In this document: piece after piece, positions 39,923 through 52,110 of the stretch
Layout of the letters: each line of letters begins with the position of its first letter
Position numbering within the stretch: the first letter of the stretch is position 1
Source: Octopus vulgaris
Taxonomy: Eukaryota
DNA: 64,000 nucleotides
Direction: 5' to 3'
Assembly (NCBI GenBank): GCA_951406725.2
Contig: OX597814.1
Span: 207,328,001-207,392,000 of the forward strand
Made by a program: the position numbers and the translations under genes
Notes under the pieces: generated by a model
The model's database searches: none
The model's input: only the letters and a program-made list of their open reading frames with translations
What the model was told of the DNA's origin: nothing

Positions 39923-40488
39923 TCTTTGCAACATTTGTTTTTGAAAGTAGTGGTTTTCTGATTGCAACTCTCCTGTGAAATCCAGCTTTGTGCAGCTCCT
40001 GGCAAACAGTTTTTGTGGAAACTGGGTTCTTGAGGTGGTTATTAAGCTCTACAGTAATTTTGGGAGCTGTACTTTTGTGATCCTTTCTAACAATTTGCAT
40101 AAGAGCCCAACGGTCCCTATCTGAAAGTTTTAGTTTTCTTCTGGAGTTTTGTTTCAACAAGGAGGTTTTTCCCTCTGTCATTACTTTTGAGACAGTACTT
40201 CTTGATATACCAAACATTTCAGCTGTTTTCATAATGCTAGTGCCTGCCATATGAGCACCAACGATTTGACCTCTTTGAAAGTCCAATAGACCTGTCATTT
40301 TAATGAATTTTAATTACCTTTTTCTGATGATATCTGAAAAGAAACAGCTATTTTAGCAAAACATATTAAGCAACACTAATAATAAATCAAAAAACATAAA
40401 AATAAACAAGCTTTTGATGGTTTTATAGATATTTCAAAATTATGATGCTTATGATGCTAGGTGTTTCCATTATTTTGTCCAACCTCTG
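39923..40488 (-). mobile_element. Tc1 5' fragment, same family as 23122-23805
   Basis: Direct sequence similarity. Confidence 0.85.
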
Positions 40489-40510
40489 TGTATATATACA
40501 TATTCATCAC

Positions 40511-40558
<48 letters not shown>

Positions 40559-40854
40559 TTAATGTCTGTTTTCCATACTGGCATGGGTTGGACGGTTTGA
40601 CTGAAAAATGATAAACTTGGGAGCTGCACCAGGATCCAATCTGATTTGGCAGGGCTTCTACAGCCACTCCATCCCACTTGCAGATAGCCATCTCTAATAG
40701 CAGTGAGCAAGGACGTAGTCAGGGAACATCCTTACGGCAAAAATCAGACACATCCACTCAATATTTCGTCACCCTTAACTACAGAAAATAATTTTACATA
40801 CAGATTTATATTTTGTTGAAGAATATCATGTATACCACAAATTTTGTTGATATA

Positions 40855-41019
40855 GGCGCAGGAGTGGCTGTGTGGTAAGTAGTTTGCTTACCAAGCACAT
40901 GGTTCCGGGTTCGGTCCCACTGCATGGCACCTTGGGCAAGTGCCTTCAACTATAGCCTCAGGCCAACCAAAGCGTTGTGAGTGGATTTGGTAGACGGAAA
41001 CTGAAAAGTCTCCCATCAC

Positions 41020-41087
<68 letters not shown>

Positions 41088-41092
41088 GTATG

Positions 41093-41167
<75 letters not shown>

Positions 41168-41370
41168 ATATGTTTGTGTGTCTGTGTTTGTTCCCCCAAT
41201 GTCACAACCGATGGTGGTGTGTTTGTGTTCCTGTAACTTAGCGGTTCAGCAAAAGAGACTGATAGAATAAGTACTAGGCTTACAAAGAATAAGTCCTGGG
41301 GTCGAGTTGCTCGACTAAAGGTGGTGCTCCAGCATGGCCGCAGTCAAATGACTGAAACAAGTAAAAGAGT
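40855..41370 (+). mobile_element. SINE family B
   Basis: Head ggcgcaggagtggctgtgtggtaag; reverse complement of 37478-37898. Confidence 0.9.
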
Positions 41371-41649
41371 ATACGACAAGTTTATTGAGGCAACATGTCT
41401 TGCAGGAAATATCAATTTTATTTTTTGGTAGATGTTTAACATCATTACTGGAATAACTATAAAATTTCACAGTTAAAGGGGTAAATAACATGGTTCTGGT
41501 TTCCCTTCACATAGGAAAAGACAAGGTCTTGTTATTTACTAGGATGTGTGTATTGAAGCATAGAATTGGTAATATTACTTCAGACTTTTGATAAATTGGG
41601 CTGCTTAATCAGCTCTGACTTGAAGTTAAGGAACAATAACAAAAACTTG

Positions 41650-42062
41650 GGATCTTTTCGGTTTGAACGGCAGTTTTTTCTAGCAGTGTCATATGAAATT
41701 GTCACCCATAATTATGACCCTAATATCGATCTATTGCATTTCAATCTGTTTTAGGGTTAGGGTTAGGGGTGGGGGAGGGTATCTTTTTTCTTCACAAATG
41801 TAAATAAACCCAATCTGTTTCTTAAACGAGGGACATATTCATACAGCACAGAATGTTTTCACCTCAATAGATGTCAATGATTGGTTGAAATTGCAGAAAT
41901 TGAAGAAAAAAAAAACAAATATCTTACAAACTATAGAATTTTCTCAATAAAGCCAAGAGAAAAAGATGTTTTATAAACACATTCTACCAGTATACGAAGT
42001 TTAAAAGTGTTTAGTTACGTGGAAATTATTTTAAAAAACTGCCGTTCAAACCAAAAAGATCC
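41650..42062. mobile_element. Merlin-like MITE containing (TTAGGG)3
   Basis: ~29-bp TIR GGATCTTTTCGGTTTGAACGGCAGTTTTT; 8-bp TSD AAAACTTG. Confidence 0.85.
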
Positions 42063-43144
42063 AAAACTTGATGTACCACTGTTCCCTCCCCCCTTGTATT
42101 TTCTATCATTTCAATAAACTATAAAAGTTTTACTTACTTTCTACTATAGCTCATTCAATGCAGTAGCCCTTTGCTTCCTTTCAGTGTCCTTGTTGTATCT
42201 TAGTCTTACTGAATCCTGCTCTTACACCCTTCCTTCCAAGAACTGCAGTTCTCAGGTATTCTCTTTCCAAGCATGTTTTCCATGTGGTCATCAACTTACA
42301 GACGTTCAATCAAAACATCAACGACATCAAACTTCACAACCATAGGAAGCTTGCTCCCTCCTTTCATTAACTTATAAAAGAGATAGCAGTTCTGTTACCT
42401 CTTTTGCTTAGTGCCCATAACCTATTTCTTTACTACCCACAAGGGGCTAAACACAGAGGGGACATAACCGGTTCTAAATTTATCGACCCCAAAAGGATGA
42501 AAGGTAAAGTCAACCTCGGCGGAATTTGAACGCAGAACATAGCGGCAGACGAAATACCGTCAAGCATTTCACCCGGTGTGCTAACGTTTCTGCCAGCTCA
42601 CCGCTTTAACTCTTTGGTGTTTAAGCCAGCCATATCTGGCCCAAATATCCTACATGTTTTTACATTCAAACTGGCCATATTTAGCCTCTCACACATAACC
42701 TACATTGACATTCTAAGAATAAACTATCATACCATTGAAACTTCAAAGCTATAAGATAATGTATGATTAATTCAAAACGATTTGAGTGAAAAAAGTCTTA
42801 CATTTAACAGAGTAATCTGAACACTAAAGTGTTAAGTGCCCATAACCAACAAATACTTAACTCTCAAATGGCTCAGTCTACTTAGCTTTAAATAGGTACC
42901 ACCAGGTAAGACTCACTTAGAAGAGTAAGCAATTGCAATGCTATAAAGTTAGTATATGCTTCATTAATATAAGCATTTTTGGTTTCTTTTTTGTGTGTGT
43001 GTAATAAAAAAAAATGAATGGAGTGCCATAGTAGTCTGCTGTGAATTGAAAAGGTTGAATATTGCTGTACAGTACAATGCTGTTAATGAAATACAAAGCA
43101 GATAGTTTCATGTTATTTCATACATTCTATTTTATATTTCCCAG

Positions 43145-43248
43145 AATGCAAGTTCAGCTTTTCCTCTGAGGTCCTCAAGAGGAGTATATCGAAGTTTCAA
43201 GGAATTCAAGTGGCTTCGCAGAATTCTTCGTTGGGAGTATCTTACCTC
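43145..43248 (+). CDS. SNX10/11-like exon 3 (NASSAFPLRSSRGVYRSFKEFKWLRRILRWEYLT)
   Basis: cccAG/GTatgc; aligns to SNX10/11 'VRRRYREFVWLR'. Confidence 0.85.
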
Positions 43249-43467
43249 GTATGCAAAACATTTAAATTGTTCTTTTTGTCTGGAATTTTTAATGTATATT
43301 GAAGATATTAGCTTTTGTTCTTGTGATTGTTGTTAAGGATGTTGTTGTTACTGTTATTCATGAAGTTTAACTCCAGATCAACCTTAATCAAATAAAATTA
43401 TAACCAAAGACATTCCAGTTATAACCATCCCATCTTTTTAGATTAATATATAACTATATTGTCTAAT

Positions 43468-43968
43468 GTGGAAGTGATTGGCTTAGTGGTTAGGGTGTCA
43501 GCACCATGATCGTAAGATTGTGGTTTCGATTCCTGGACCAGGCGACGCATTGTGTTCTTGAGCAAAACACTTCATTTCACGTTGCTCCAGTCCACTCAGC
43601 TGGCAAAAATGAGTAACGCTGCGATGGACTGGCATCCCGTCCAGCTGGGGAACACATACACCATTGAAACCGGGGAAACTGGGCCCATGAGCCTGGCTAG
43701 GCTTTGAAAGGGCACATGTGGAGGTACATGGCTTGGTGGTTAGGGTGTCAGCATCATGATCGTAAGATTGTGGTTTCGATTCCTGGACCGGGCGACGCGT
43801 TGTGTTCTTGAGCAAAACACTTCATTTCACGTTGCTCCAGTCCACTCAGCTGGCAAAAAGGAGTAACGCAGCAATGGATTGGCGACCTGTCCAGCTGGGG
43901 AACACATACGCCATAGAAACCAGGAAACCAGGCTCATGAGCCTGGCTAGGCTTGAAAAAGGGTGCATT
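43468..43968 (+). mobile_element. Tandem pair of tRNA-derived SINE units (~250 bp each)
   Basis: Direct repeat; flanked by tattgtctaatgtg-like duplication. Confidence 0.8.
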
Positions 43969-45384
43969 TATTATATTTATATTGTCTAATGTGTCCTTTC
44001 TTTATTTAAAATAGGATGGTATGATATGTGGGGAATTTGACTCCTATTTCTAGCAAGCCAAATGGCTGCAAAAAGGCTACTTCTTTGACTTTTAATTAGA
44101 GATTTTAAAAGCATGTGCATGTGTTAGGGTGCATGTATTTCCATCTTCTTGCATGTGTATGCATATAAATGCATGTGTTACAGCTGTGATTGTGGTTGTT
44201 ACCTAAACATGTATGTGTGTGATTTGCTGTTATTGTTGTTGTTGTTTTTGTAAGGTTGCAAGCTGGCAGAATTGTTAGCACACTGTAAAAAGTGCTTAGT
44301 GGCATTTCACCCATCTTTACATTCTGAGTTCAAATTCCACCATGGTCAACTTAGCCTTTCATCCTTTCAAGCTCAATGAAATAAATACCAACTGAACATT
44401 GGGGCTGATGTAATTGAATAATCCCTTCCCTCATGAATTTTAGGTCTTGTACCTATTGTAGAAAGGATTGTTGTTGTTTTTGTTGTTGTTTAGTCCCAGA
44501 TCAACACTGATTGAAAAGACCAATCAATGATGATAATGTTGAGATATTTGTATAAGGTCATTGTTATATTTGTTGTTGTTGTTTTTATTGGTGTTTAGTT
44601 CTTGAGACAGTATTGATAGAGCAGAACTATGATCAAAGACACTCCAGCCATGACTATCCCAGTCTTTTTTAGTCATTTGTATGATAGTATACCTAGAACT
44701 ACATTATCCAGTTCTCATCATCTAGTGTTCACTCAGCAAACTGGGTACGGATGTGGCTGTGTGGTTAAGAAGTTTGCTTCACAACCACAAGGTCTTGGGT
44801 TCAATCCCAATACAAAGCATCATAAAGGAGAAAGCTCCTTCCTGAGTCATAGGAGTGTGTTCACAGATTCTCCAACATGAATACTCCCTACTGAATAGGA
44901 TAGCAGTCCATCACAGGAATACTCATTTTTGCCTACTGAGTGGACGAAAAGCAACATGAAATGAAATGTTTTGCTCAAGAATACAATGCATTGCCTGGTC
45001 CAAGAATTGAAACCACAGTCTTACAATCATGTCCAACATCCTAACCACTCAGCCATGCACCTCCATATAGGATCTTGAGAAAATAATATCTGCACGTAAA
45101 AGACACCATTCAAGCATGATCATTACCAGCATCGCCTTACTGGCACCCACGCTGGTGGCATGTGTAAAAGATTCGAGCAAGGTCATTGCCAGTGCTGCCT
45201 GACTGGCCCCGTGCCGGTGGCACATAAAAAGCACCCACTACACTCTCGGAGTGGTTGGTGTTAGGAAGGGCATCCAGCTGTAGAAACTCTGCCAGATCAA
45301 GATTGAAGCCTGGTGCAGCCATCTGGTTTGCCAGCCCTCAGTCATACGTCCAACACATGCTAGCTTAGACAGCGGACGTTAAAC

Positions 45385-45423
<39 letters not shown>

Positions 45424-46552
45424 AACTTTGGTCAAGCCATATCTTGTGAGTGAAATTCAATGGATTCCTATTTAGAAATTTAATAGAAGCCCATCTGGAG
45501 GAATGTAACTGTAATTCAAAGGCACAGGCTGTGGCACATTGATTCTGTCTAAGAATTGTTATGACATGTGACTGTGGAATACTCAGCCATGTACGAGTTA
45601 ATTCAGGAGCAGGTAATTAAGTTGATCAATTAAATGAATCTTCATTATTGAATGACAGAGATCCACCACTGCTGTTTGGGATTCAATCCTATTGTGTGGC
45701 ACCTTGAGCAAATATCTTCACTCACAGCTTCGTGTTAAAGCTTTGAGAATGAAATTTGGTTGATGGAATCTACGTCTAAATCCATCAGAGAAACCATCTT
45801 TGTTCTTCTTATTCTTCTAAAATGGTAGGCTTGATCTTACTCCAGATTTAACTCCACCATCAAGCTTCTGAGTGCCTTTAACAAACTCCATTCTGTTGAA
45901 AGTACTGTGGAAAGGTTTCCTCTCTTCTATCAGTTCTCAGAGGCAAGTCCTCCAAGAGAAATTTTGCAATGTTTAATGTATCTGCTTTCAGGCCACACCA
46001 AGAAATTCACTGGCTCTTTCTTCGATCTATAAGCTCTTCCTGGGACAGAAGTACCAGCTGAATCCCACTTGTCATAAGCCTTGCTTCGAGGTTTTGAAAA
46101 GGCCCTTCTATTCTAAATGATATATAAAAAACCCACAAAAATCACAGTAATAGGGGTTTTCTCTCACTTATCCTGTCTCTCTCTGTCTTTCTCTCTCTCC
46201 TCTCTCTCTCTCGCACACACACACACACACTCTCTCCTGCCTCTCTTACCACTCAGATTATTTAACAAGGTATCTTTTCTTCATTTGATACTTCAATGAA
46301 AGTTCACTCCAACTAATATGAATAGATTCTATAAATAATGAGGTTATTTTTTAGGGTATATTTTTCGCTTATTTATATAAATATGAAACTGTATACATTT
46401 GTAAACAATTCAAGGGTGAAAAAAATAACAATGAACCTATTGTTGAGAATAGTGTTATTTTCGTTGTTGTTATTGTCGTTGGGGGGCAGCATTGTTAGAA
46501 GTGGTTCCAGTATTTGTGGTGGTGGCATCAGCAGTGGTTGATGGTATTGAGG

Positions 46553-46780
46553 GGCGAGCTGGCAGAATCGTTAGCAGGTCGGGCGAAATGCTTAGTGGTA
46601 TTTCGTCTGCCGTTACGTTGTGGGTTCAAATTCCGCCGAGGTCGACTTTGCCTTTCATCCTTTCGGGGTCGATTAAATAAGTACCAGTTACGCACTGGGG
46701 TCGATATAATCGACTTAATACCTATGTCTGTCCTTGTTTGTCCCCTCTATGTTTAGCCCCTTGTGGGTAATAAAGAAATA
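46553..46780 (+). mobile_element. SINE family A
   Basis: TSD GGTATTGAGG. Confidence 0.9.
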
Positions 46781-46897
46781 GGTATTGAGGGAGATAAGGT
46801 GAAAATAAGAAAGATAGAAGAAAGGAAAATGGAGAGTGAGGAAAAAAATAAGAGAGGAAGTGAATGTGCATTTAGAAGTACAGTATACAGTTACAGT

Positions 46898-47230
46898 GAA
46901 GGTGCATGGCTCAGAAGTTAGCTTACGATCGTGAGGTTGTGAGTTCGAATCCCGGACCGGGCTGCGTGTTGTGTTCTTGAGCAAGACACTTTATTTCATG
47001 TTGCTCCAGTTCACTCAGCTGTAGAAATGAGTTGTGACGTCACTGGTGCCAAGCTGTATTGGCCCTTGCCTTTCCCTTGGATAACACTAGTGGCATGGAG
47101 AGGGGAGGTCGGTATGCATGGGCGACTGTTGGTCTTCCATAAACAACCTTGCCCGGACTTGTGCCTGGGAGGGTAACTTTCTAGGTGCAATCCCGCAATC
47201 CTACGGTCAGTCATGACCGAAAGGGGTCTC
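46898..47230 (+). mobile_element. tRNA-derived SINE, family D
   Basis: Similar to 52128-52464 (+) and 48355-48615 (-). Confidence 0.85.
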
Positions 47231-48180
47231 ATACAGTTACAACTATATGAAACATTTCATTTAACAGCAATGTCATTCTTGGTTTAAACTTGTTGCTATT
47301 TACCCTAAATACTCGAGTAATAGTCAATCTCATGTAAAAGCTGAACCCTCTCGTATTTCACGAACAACAGAACCCTCTCGTATTTCACGAACAACAGAAC
47401 AACATTAGTGTAATGTTATTGAAGAGTTATGATGTAAAACATGCCAAGTAGGTACCAGCTGTATGCATCGGATTACGGTAGGTAGTGGCATGCCAGTACA
47501 GGGAAGATATGTTACCGGTGATAATATACCATAATTCATCATCATCATCATCATCATCGTTTAGCGTCCGCTTTCCATGCTAGCATGGGTTGGATGGTTC
47601 AACTGGAGTCTGGGAAGCCAGAAGGCCGCACCAGGCCCAGTCTGATCTGGCAATGTTTCTACGGCTGGATGCCCTTCCTAACGCCAACCACTCCTTGAGT
47701 GTAGTGGGTGCTTTTTACGTGTCAGACAAGTCTGGCAAATGGCCATGGTCGGATGGTGCGTTTTACGTGCCACCGGCACGGGGACCCTGCGAAATTGATT
47801 TTACTCAACTAGTCTGTTAAGTTTGATGGATACAAATAAAAGAGAAAGTGTAAATATTTATAAGAGCAACATGGTCTTGTTTATGGGTTTTGTTATTTAT
47901 TAGGACGTGTGTTTTGATTCATAGAATTAGCAATATTACTGTAATTCATTATGTTTTTAGTTTTTATTCACTTGGAGACCAGTTGGGCTTCTGCTGCTAA
48001 TACGGTACTTCAGATTCTAGCTTGAATTTCAGCCCCTTAAAAGTAGTATCCATGAAATAGTCAACCCCATAAAATTGACCTTAAAAAATAGACTAAAAAA
48101 TTCGACTTTTACACGAATATGTATGGTATCTTTTTATTTTATTATGCTTATTTTATTTATTTGATATTTGTTTATTTCAG

Positions 48181-48279
48181 CAACATCCCAGTTCTTCCAC
48201 CAAACTACTTGTTCAGAAGAAATTACAATCCAAGTGTTGTTGCTTCCAGACTGGTTCCACTAAAAAACTTTCTAAATGA
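48181..48279 (+). CDS. SNX10/11-like exon 4 (NIPVLPPNYLFRRNYNPSVVASRLVPLKNFLN)
   Basis: ttcAG/GTaagt; PX proline loop and R..L..FL helix; phase 2-2. Confidence 0.85.
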   Translation, partial: QHPSSSTKLLVQKKLQSKCCCFQTGSTKKLSK

Positions 48280-49691
48280 GTAAGTTTAATGTAGTTTTTT
48301 TATCTTTTACCTTTGGTCTATATTGTAAAACTTTTAAGACTATTGACAAAATGTCTTTATGGAAGACCAGCAGTCACCCACATATACCAGCCTCTCCTCT
48401 TCTCCATGCCACTGATGTTATCCAAGGGAAAGGCAAAGGCCAATACAGCTTGGCATCAGTGATATCGCAACTCATTTCTACAGCTGAGTAATCTGGAGCA
48501 ACATGAAATAGAGTGTCTTGCTCAAGAACACAACACACAGCCTGGCTTGGGAATTGAACTCACTATCTCATGATTGTGAGTTCAATGCTCTAAACACTGA
48601 GCCATGTGCCTTCACATTTTTATATAACTATCACATTATTGGTTAATAATGTTGTTATTTAGCCCCAAGTCAAACCTGATTAAGCAGATCCACAATCAAA
48701 GACATTTCAGCACCCACCATTCTAGCTTTTGCATATCTAGGGCTACATATTAACTTTTTATTTAAATTTTTTTTTTTTAGACAGTAGGCTTTGAATTGAA
48801 ATAGCTTTGACTATAGATCAAGTAATCACACACAAGTTCCTTTGATGATTGTCATACTTTTTTCTCTCATCACATGCCATGCCCAGAGGCATCAGCAATC
48901 ATGGAGTTCCAAACTAAAGACTAAAAAGTCATGGTTTTCCTTTGGAAAAATACAGCAGTAGTTTCTCATTGCTTTCTTCTTGTTTATTTACAATTTACTC
49001 CACAAGTTTCCTACTCACCTGAGAGTATTCTGGAAGCATAGGATCTATTGAACTCTTAGGCAGGGCAACTGGTTCACATGACCTAAGTCCATGTCTGCAC
49101 ACTAATAGGTCTGTTTGGTACTTGTCTAAGTACCAGCTTTCCTCTGGATCCTGTATACCTTAGCTACATGACCATCTTCTACTATTTGACCCATAATCAG
49201 GGTGCTCTTGATTAGTACCCTGATCCAGGGCTGACCAAAATTTTTCCATTTTGTATAATTTATTGAATAGATTTTTGCTGCCACAGACTACAACTACCTA
49301 TCTTTGAATTTATTGTTTTATTCTATTGTACTAACTAAAATCTATAACTACCAAGTTCAAGTATTGATAGAAAGGAAGAAAGAAAAACAGAATTAACCCT
49401 TTCATTACCGTATTTATTTTGAGATGCTCTGTGTTTCTTTCTGTTATTTTATATATAACAAAGAATTTAGTAAAATAATTTAGATTATCATTAAGTTAGT
49501 GTTAGGAACATAAATTGTGACTAAAGTTTGGTGGAAGATTTTAATTCAAAACTAATGAAAACAAGACATTTGTACTACAGAGCCAGAGCCGGTTACAGCC
49601 GGGTTTGTAATGAAAGGGTTAAAAGTGTATTTGCAAAAATTAGCTTGAAAATACTTTGCAATTCAGTAGGATGTTGTTTATATCGTTACAG

Positions 49692-49850
49692 GTGTGTCAA
49701 AGACAAGAAAATAGTATCTGATGTGGCATTTCATTTGTTTGTCCAGTCCGATCTAACAATTCAAGATATCACCAGACAACGAAGGGGTCAAACTCATCAT
49801 TCATATCTACCATGTCTTTGGAATTGTGGAGGAAAAATCCATAAAGATGA
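49692..49850 (+). CDS. SNX10/11-like exon 5 (CVKDKKIVSDVAFHLFVQSDLTIQDITRQRRGQ...KD)
   Basis: tacAG/GTaagt; matches the extended-PX signature 'SD..HLFLQS.L...I'. Confidence 0.9.
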
Positions 49851-49922
49851 GTAAGTAGGATTTTAGATTCTTAAATAATGCTAATTAAGAGTTCAGACAT
49901 GATTCTGTTACAGATTTCAGGT

Positions 49923-50141
49923 CAGTGGTTTTCAAACAGGGTTCCGCGGAGCCTTATGGTTCCGCCAGTACGGTCCAGGGGTTCCGCAAGAAGTTACAAA
50001 AATGCTAAAATCGACAGTAATTTTTAATTCTTCTGTGCAGATATGTGTGCATAAGACAATTAAATTATTGCACAGGGGTTCCTCGAGCCAGTGGAACGTT
50101 TCCTTGGGGTTCCACTTCAGCAAAAAGTTTGAAAAGCACTG
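49923..50141. mobile_element. hAT MITE
   Basis: CAGTGGTTTTCAAAC / GTTTGAAAAGCACTG TIRs; 8-bp TSD tttcaggt / cttcaggt. Confidence 0.85.
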
Positions 50142-50810
50142 CTTCAGGTATACGAAATTTCAGTCTAATTTCCATCTTTATCCAGTTTTTTGCCTTTTTT
50201 TTTTAGCATGAGGTATAGGATTGGGTAGTTGCTTGGGTAAATTAAAATGATGTGAAAATGGAATTTGAAATAAGTTACTAAAAAAAGTTATAAAAGATGT
50301 CAAAACTAAAATTGATAATTGATCTCACATTAAGATGACTATTTCAATTTAATTCAAATTAAATTTTTTTTGCAACTTTTTTTTTTTTTTTTTTGCAAGG
50401 TGGGACATAAAATTTCTAATGAATGAACAAAATATGACTTTTCTAAAATAAACTGAGCAGAAAAAAAACTAAAACCAAAAGAAATTTTTAAAACCATAAA
50501 TGGAATTTAGACTTATATTAAAATGTTTTAAAATCTGAATGTCAAATTTAAATTATCAATATTTACATGTTGAAATATTTCCTTATGTGTTTTGAACAAA
50601 ATTAGTTGGTCTTTTATATCCTGATCCCTGATATAAAAACAGTTGATCACTACCACCATCACCATCATAACTATAACAACTTTCTTCTTTTCAGGTTATT
50701 AGTTTTAGATTTACCAAAATCAAAAGGAATAAGAAACTAAGTGGCAAAGTTAAATCTGAACATATTTAGCCTGCCTCATAAATAATTCAAATTTTGAAAG
50801 AATGGTGATA

Positions 50811-51197
50811 TCTTTATATATAAAAGTGAAGTTGTGTGTCTGTCTCCTACGATTTAGATTCCTAACTACTCCCACATTTTGCGGTGCAGTTTAACCAAAA
50901 CCGGGTATCTTATAGTCGTGATCCATATCGAGCCCTTCTGGGTATTAGTGTGAGTCTACGATGAGTCTACGATTTAAAAAAAAATTTACCATCATTTTTT
51001 TCCATTTTAATGCATTTTTTCGCTATTATATAAGGGAAGTAACTCTCTAAAAATGTCTACGATGAGTCAACGATTTAAAAAAAAATTTACCATCATTTTT
51101 TTCCCGTTTTTAATGCATTTTTTTGCTATAACTCTCTAAAAATGCTTATATAGTTATTTCCCTTACAAACCCGAGCAACGCCGGGCGATACTGCTAG
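50811..51197 (+). mobile_element. Non-autonomous Helitron
   Basis: A|TC start; CCCGAGCAACGCCGGG hairpin and CTAG|T end. Confidence 0.85.
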
Positions 51198-51945
51198 TAT
51201 TGTATACACACTTTATCACCAACTAATAACAGCTTAGGAAAATGAACTCTGAAATTTATATCTAAGTCTCTTTACACTGATAAGAAAGGGGAGACCTTTT
51301 GGTAGAAATACCTCAAGTTCTAACCAGTTGCCCCTTACCTTTGGGACAGTTAACCTCATTCTGTTTTTTATTAATATAACATAAGGGGTTTAAGAACAGT
51401 GATCCTGATTGAGTTCCAGACAGAATGCCTTAGCCTAATCAGTTATGACCCTTTATGCCTGAGTTTAGATCCCACATGGATTAATTTTTCCTTTAATCCT
51501 TATGGGTCATTAAAATAAAATATCAGTAAAGAACAGGATTCAGTTTAATTGTTTCCCTTCCTCATAATTTGTGGCCAAGCGTTAATATGAGAAATCATTA
51601 TTATAATTCAAGGGAAGACAGCAAGCTAGCAGAATTATTAGCACACCAGGCAAAATGCTAAGTGGCATTTCATCTGTCTCCATGTTCTGAGTTCAAATTC
51701 CGCCAAGGTCTCCTTTGCCTTTCATCTTTTCACAGCCAATAAAACATGCACCAGTTTAACACTGGGGTCAATGTAGTCAACTAACCCCCTCTCCCAAAAT
51801 TTCAGACCTTATGCCAAAATTTGAAACCATTTTTATAATCCAAGGGATCAGCATACACATAAATGTGTATATACCAGAGTAAACACATAATTGTGAAACA
51901 AGGTGGAAAAAACAGTACTCAAATACCAGAGGTAGAGTAATATGC

Positions 51946-52110
51946 TTTATTAATAAAGCTGCAACAGCATCACAAAAGCTGTTACTGAGAGTTTCATGTT
52001 CCTGTTCATCGGACAATTTCGGATGATTCTCAACTGAAACTGTCCAACAAATGGGAGCTTCAAACACTGAGTAACAGTTTTTGTGATTTTTTTGCAGCTT
52101 TATTAATAAA
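51946..52110. repeat. Imperfect ~75-bp-arm palindrome with decayed hammerhead-like cores
   Basis: tttattaataaagctgc...gcagctttattaataaa; CCGATGA..GAAAC on the minus strand. Confidence 0.75.

Noticed and set aside
39714-40298. 194-aa ORF as a novel fusion gene
   Set aside because: Chance in-frame join of decayed Tc1 and MULE fragments
47344-47400. 27-bp direct tandem duplication (similar ones near 14455 and 36265)
   Set aside because: Ordinary local slippage duplication with no further structure
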